Shown here: positions 60,491-64,000 of the stretch, one piece after another
Layout: every line of letters begins with the position of its first letter
How positions within the stretch are numbered: position 1 is the first letter of the stretch
Source of the DNA: Candidatus Hydrogenedentota bacterium
GTDB lineage: Bacteria; Hydrogenedentota; Hydrogenedentia; Hydrogenedentales; JAEUWI01
Assembly: GCA_034669905.1 (NCBI GenBank)
Contig: JAXMOL010000025.1
Coordinates: forward strand, 32,001 to 96,000
Direction: 5' to 3'
DNA length: 64,000 nt
Program-made: the position numbers and the translations under genes
Notes under the pieces: generated by a model
Database searches by the model: none
What the model was told of the DNA's origin: nothing
Seen by the model: only the letters and a program-made list of their open reading frames with translations

Positions 60491-61681
60491 ATGGCAACCC
60501 CTTCACTGCTCGAATCACGTACCCTCCTGCTCCAGGAGCTGCTGCAACGCAACGATTGGCGGGGCATCCTGTTGAATCGTATTGACAACTTTGCCATGGC
60601 CACGGGAGGTGCACGCAACTACGTCTCCACCCAGGCGGATCTGGGGGCCTGTGGCATTTTTATCCAGGATGACGGCACCCTTCACTATGCGGGCAACTCC
60701 ATCGAGTCGACCCGGGTGATGGATGAAGAGCTAGCGAGCCCGACGTGCATGGCCAATCCCTTCCTCTGGTTTGAAGATTCGCCCGCCTCTTGGTGCCGGA
60801 AGAACTTTGACGGAACGCTCGTATCCGACGATGGCTCCCTCGGAGAAAACGTGGACGGCGCACTGGCGGGACTGCGTAGTATTTTACTGCCGGAAGAATG
60901 TGCCAATTACCGTCGCCTCGGCGCAGATGCGGCCAAGGCCATGGAAGCGACCCTCCGCAGCATTGACGTGGGCAGCTCCGAGACCGAAATCAGCGCCCGC
61001 CTCATCTATGAAGGCCAGCGGCTGGGCTGCCGTGTCTCGGTCAGTCTGGTGGCGGCCGACGAGCGCATCGCCCGCTACCGTCATCCCCTGCCCACCCTGC
61101 CGGGCTCTCCCCACGAGCAGCATGTAAAGCGCTACGTCATGGTGGTGGGCGGCATTCAGCGCGACGGCCTGGTGGTATCCCTCACCCGTTTCAAGGTGGT
61201 GGACACACTGCCCGATGGCATCGCGGATGCCTATGGGCGAATTTGTGCGGTGGACGCACGGATGCAGCAGGCCACCCGTCCGGACAAACATCTGGGCGAT
61301 GTCTTTTCGGCATGCCAGCGTGCCTACACGGAATTCGGCTTCCAGGAAAACGAATGGCACAATCACCACCAGGGCGGCAGCACGGGCTATGCGGGACGGA
61401 CCAGCAAAGGTGCCCCGGAAGCGACCTTCCCCTGCCTCGACCCGGAATGGGCGGCCATTGTCCGTGAAAAACTGGGGACGGACACCACGGTGAGCAGCGC
61501 CTTCGCCTGGAACCCCTCGGCCCCCGGCGTCAAATCCGAAGACACCTTCCTGCTGCACCAAGATGGTCGGCAGGAGATCATCAGCGAGACGCCCGGCTTA
61601 CCCGCAATGGACTTGGGTGCCGTGTTGGGTGAGTCGACCGAGATTATCAAGGCCACCATGGCCACGCCCGATTTTCGTTAA
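60491..61681 (+). CDS. M24-family (Xaa-Pro) peptidase-like protein
   Basis: RYRHPLPT, SLTR, WHNHHQGGSTGY, AWNPS...KSEDT. Confidence 0.8.
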   Translation: MATPSLLESRTLLLQELLQRNDWRGILLNRIDNFAMATGGARNYVSTQADLGACGIFIQDDGTLHYAGNSIESTRVMDEELASPTCMANPFLWFEDSPASWCRKNFDGTLVSDDGSLGENVDGALAGLRSILLPEECANYRRLGADAAKAMEATLRSIDVGSSETEISARLIYEGQRLGCRVSVSLVAADERIARYRHPLPTLPGSPHEQHVKRYVMVVGGIQRDGLVVSLTRFKVVDTLPDGIADAYGRICAVDARMQQATRPDKHLGDVFSACQRAYTEFGFQENEWHNHHQGGSTGYAGRTSKGAPEATFPCLDPEWAAIVREKLGTDTTVSSAFAWNPSAPGVKSEDTFLLHQDGRQEIISETPGLPAMDLGAVLGESTEIIKATMATPDFR

Positions 61682-61720
61682 GCCCGAAACGACGCAAAGG
61701 CATCGGAAGGAGCTGCCCCT

Positions 61721-62548
61721 ATGAAGGCGATGTCCGGAATGCACGTCGTCAGCCTGGCCATCAACGTACCCGGCCCCGTGGCCACCGCGGAATTACATGG
61801 CCTTGGCGCCCGGGTATGTAAGATAGAACCCCCGGCAGGCGACCCGCTGGCGCAGTTTTCCCCGCCCTGGTACGACCGGCTCTGCGCGGACGCCGAGGTA
61901 ATTACACTCGACTTGAAGTCGGCGGAAGGTATGGCCGAGCTGGAGAAGCGTCTTGACGATGCCGATTTGCTGCTGACCGCGTCCCGCCCGGCAGCATTAT
62001 CCCGCCTCGGCCTGGAATGGTCCCGGCTCCACACGCGCTTTCCCCGACTCTGCCATGTGGGCATCATTGGCTATCCCCCACCCCACGAAAACCGGGCGGG
62101 CCATGATCTCACCTACCAGGCCTCCCAGGGCACCCTCCAGCCACCGGGGATGCCCAAGGTGCTGTTGGCCGATATGGCGGGTGCCCAGCAGGCGGTTACG
62201 GCCGCACTGGCCTTGTTGCTGAATCGCGCGCGACATGGCGTGGCGGGACAGAGCTGGGTGGCCCTCGCTGACGCAGCAGAACGCTTCGCCGTCACGCTCC
62301 GCGAGCAGGTCACCACGCCCGGTGCTATTCTGGGCAACGGCCTGCCGACCTATAACATCTACGCCACCCAAGACGGCCACGTGGCCCTGGCCGCACTGGA
62401 ACCCCATTTCCATGCCCGCCTCCTGGAGGCCCTCCAGGTCCGCACCACGTCGCAGGCGGAATTGACGGCATTCTTCGGACACCGAGACAACGCGGAAAGT
62501 CTTGCATGGGCCGAGCAACACGAAATCCCCCTGGCGATTGTGCAGTAG
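61721..62548 (+). CDS. Family III CoA-transferase (CaiB/BaiF, short form)
   Basis: NVPGP, KIEPPAGDP, LDLK, AGHDLTYQA, ALEPHF. Confidence 0.88.
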   Translation: MKAMSGMHVVSLAINVPGPVATAELHGLGARVCKIEPPAGDPLAQFSPPWYDRLCADAEVITLDLKSAEGMAELEKRLDDADLLLTASRPAALSRLGLEWSRLHTRFPRLCHVGIIGYPPPHENRAGHDLTYQASQGTLQPPGMPKVLLADMAGAQQAVTAALALLLNRARHGVAGQSWVALADAAERFAVTLREQVTTPGAILGNGLPTYNIYATQDGHVALAALEPHFHARLLEALQVRTTSQAELTAFFGHRDNAESLAWAEQHEIPLAIVQ

Positions 62549-62646
62549 GGGAAGCCTCCCCGGAAGCACCCCGTTGCAATCCACGACAACGCTCCCCTAC
62601 CATGGCACCACAGTAAGGCACACCGGCGTCTTCACGGAGAAGCATC

Positions 62647-63414
62647 ATGGAATTGCAGGACAAAACCTTCATCATTACCGGAGGGGGATCCGGCCTGGGC
62701 GCCGCAACGGCCCGCGAGTTTGTTTCCGCAGGCGCCAACGTTCTCCTGGCGGACGTCGATGTGGAGGGGAGCGCAGCGCTGGTGACCGCGTTGGGAAGGC
62801 GCGCCCGCTTCTCCGTTTGTGACGTCTGCAACGCCGAAGACCTGGGCAGGGCGATTGACTGCGCCCAATCGGAACTGGGGCCGCTCCATGGCCTGGTCAA
62901 CTGTGCGGGAGTTGCCGCGATCATGAAAACGGTCGGCCGGGACACCGTCCATGACCTGGCCGTCTTTGAACACGTGCTCCGCGTTAATGTGGTGGGTAGC
63001 TTCAACGCGATCCGGCTGTGTGCCGCTGCGATGCAAGAGCATCCGCCGGATGCTTCCGGGGAGCGCGGTGTATTTATCAACACCGCATCAATCGCGGCCT
63101 TCGACGGCCAGATGGGCCAGGCGGCCTATGCGGCCTCCAAAGGGGCCGTCGTATCGATGACCCTCCCCATTGCCCGCGATTTGGCCCGTATGGGTATCCG
63201 GGTGGTCACCATTGCACCCGGCCCCTTTAAGACCCCGATGATGGGGGCCTTACCCCAGGAGGTCCAGGATTCGGTGGGTAGCCAGATACCTTTTCCCCCA
63301 CGATTGGGAGAACCCGACGAGTTTGCCCGGCTCGCGCGCCACATTGTGGAAAACCAGATGATTAACGGTGAGTGCATTCGCATCGATGGGGCCATTCGCA
63401 TGGGCCCGAAATAG
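62647..63414 (+). CDS. 3-hydroxyacyl-CoA dehydrogenase (HSD10-like SDR)
   Basis: TGGGSGLG, NTASIAAFDGQMGQAAYAASK, RIDGAIRM. Confidence 0.93.
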   Translation: MELQDKTFIITGGGSGLGAATAREFVSAGANVLLADVDVEGSAALVTALGRRARFSVCDVCNAEDLGRAIDCAQSELGPLHGLVNCAGVAAIMKTVGRDTVHDLAVFEHVLRVNVVGSFNAIRLCAAAMQEHPPDASGERGVFINTASIAAFDGQMGQAAYAASKGAVVSMTLPIARDLARMGIRVVTIAPGPFKTPMMGALPQEVQDSVGSQIPFPPRLGEPDEFARLARHIVENQMINGECIRIDGAIRMGPK

Positions 63415-63455
63415 TCACCCCGCCTGGGTGTAGCCTGGACAGGACTTGGATACCT

Positions 63456-64000
63456 ATGAACGCCAAAGAACAGTTTGACCGGGATGGCTTCGTGATCTTC
63501 CGGAACGTGCTGGACGCGGGACTCATCGCCGAAGCCAACGCCCATGTCGACTGGCTGATGGAGAAACATCCCGCGTTGCGGCCAGAGGATTTGAACCATA
63601 CCCTGGTTCAACATGATCCTTTCTGGGTGCGCCTTGTGAGCGACGACCGCCTCCTCGACATTGTGGAGCAATTCATTGGCCCCCACATTGCCCTCTTTGC
63701 CAGCCACTACATCTGCAAGCCACCCCACGACGGACAGGCGGTGCTCTGGCACCAGGATGGCAGTTACTGGCCACTTGATCCCATGGAGGTGGTCACCCTC
63801 TGGCTGGCTGTTTCGGATGCCGCTCCGGACAATGGGTGCATGCGGGTTATTCCGGGCACCCAGGAGATGGACCTCCAGGCGTTACAACAACGCCGTGACA
63901 TCCCCAATGTATTGAATTCCGGCATGGATGACAGCCTGGTCAACGACCAGAGGGCGGTGGATTGTGTCATGGCTCCTGGAGACGTCTCGGTCCACCACCC
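63456..64000 (+). CDS. Phytanoyl-CoA dioxygenase (PhyH) family protein, 3' end outside window
   Basis: Manual translation MNAKEQFDRDGF...WHQDGSYWP...TLWLAV...NGCMRVIPGT. Confidence 0.88.
   Translation, partial: MNAKEQFDRDGFVIFRNVLDAGLIAEANAHVDWLMEKHPALRPEDLNHTLVQHDPFWVRLVSDDRLLDIVEQFIGPHIALFASHYICKPPHDGQAVLWHQDGSYWPLDPMEVVTLWLAVSDAAPDNGCMRVIPGTQEMDLQALQQRRDIPNVLNSGMDDSLVNDQRAVDCVMAPGDVSVHH

Overview
GC-rich bacterial window with about 50 CDSs and no rRNA, tRNA, CRISPR or cas genes recognised. A DUF1559-type prepilin protein and a Gly-Glu-repeat surface protein suggest Ca. Hydrogenedentota or a Planctomycete-like lineage (inference). Gene content, left to right: a DeoR/class III aminotransferase/FGGY kinase operon; an ebo cluster split into eboD-orf-eboB (6.5-8.8 kb) and eboE-eboC-eboF (29.6-33.4 kb), with about 21 kb of accessory genes between the halves (a CLCA-like metalloprotease-VWA surface protein, sialidase-like propellers, and a LysR/TetR redox-detox block); a GAF-GGDEF cyclase; a RAYT-type Y1 HUH transposase; a penicillin acylase; a LacI regulon of two secreted nucleoside-hydrolase-fold proteins; Kelch and heparinase II/III proteins; a phosphatase-cytochrome c fusion; hppA-rnc-fabF-acpP; and a peptidase/CoA-transferase/SDR/PhyH run. 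The most striking signal is a family of about 200-nt tripartite elements. They flank the RAYT gene and recur, always in the same orientation, in convergent intergenic spaces. Each has three conserved motifs at fixed spacing around variable spacers, can be drawn as a three-way junction, and one copy sits where an SDR gene is truncated. All calls come from reading the sequence by eye; no searches were run.
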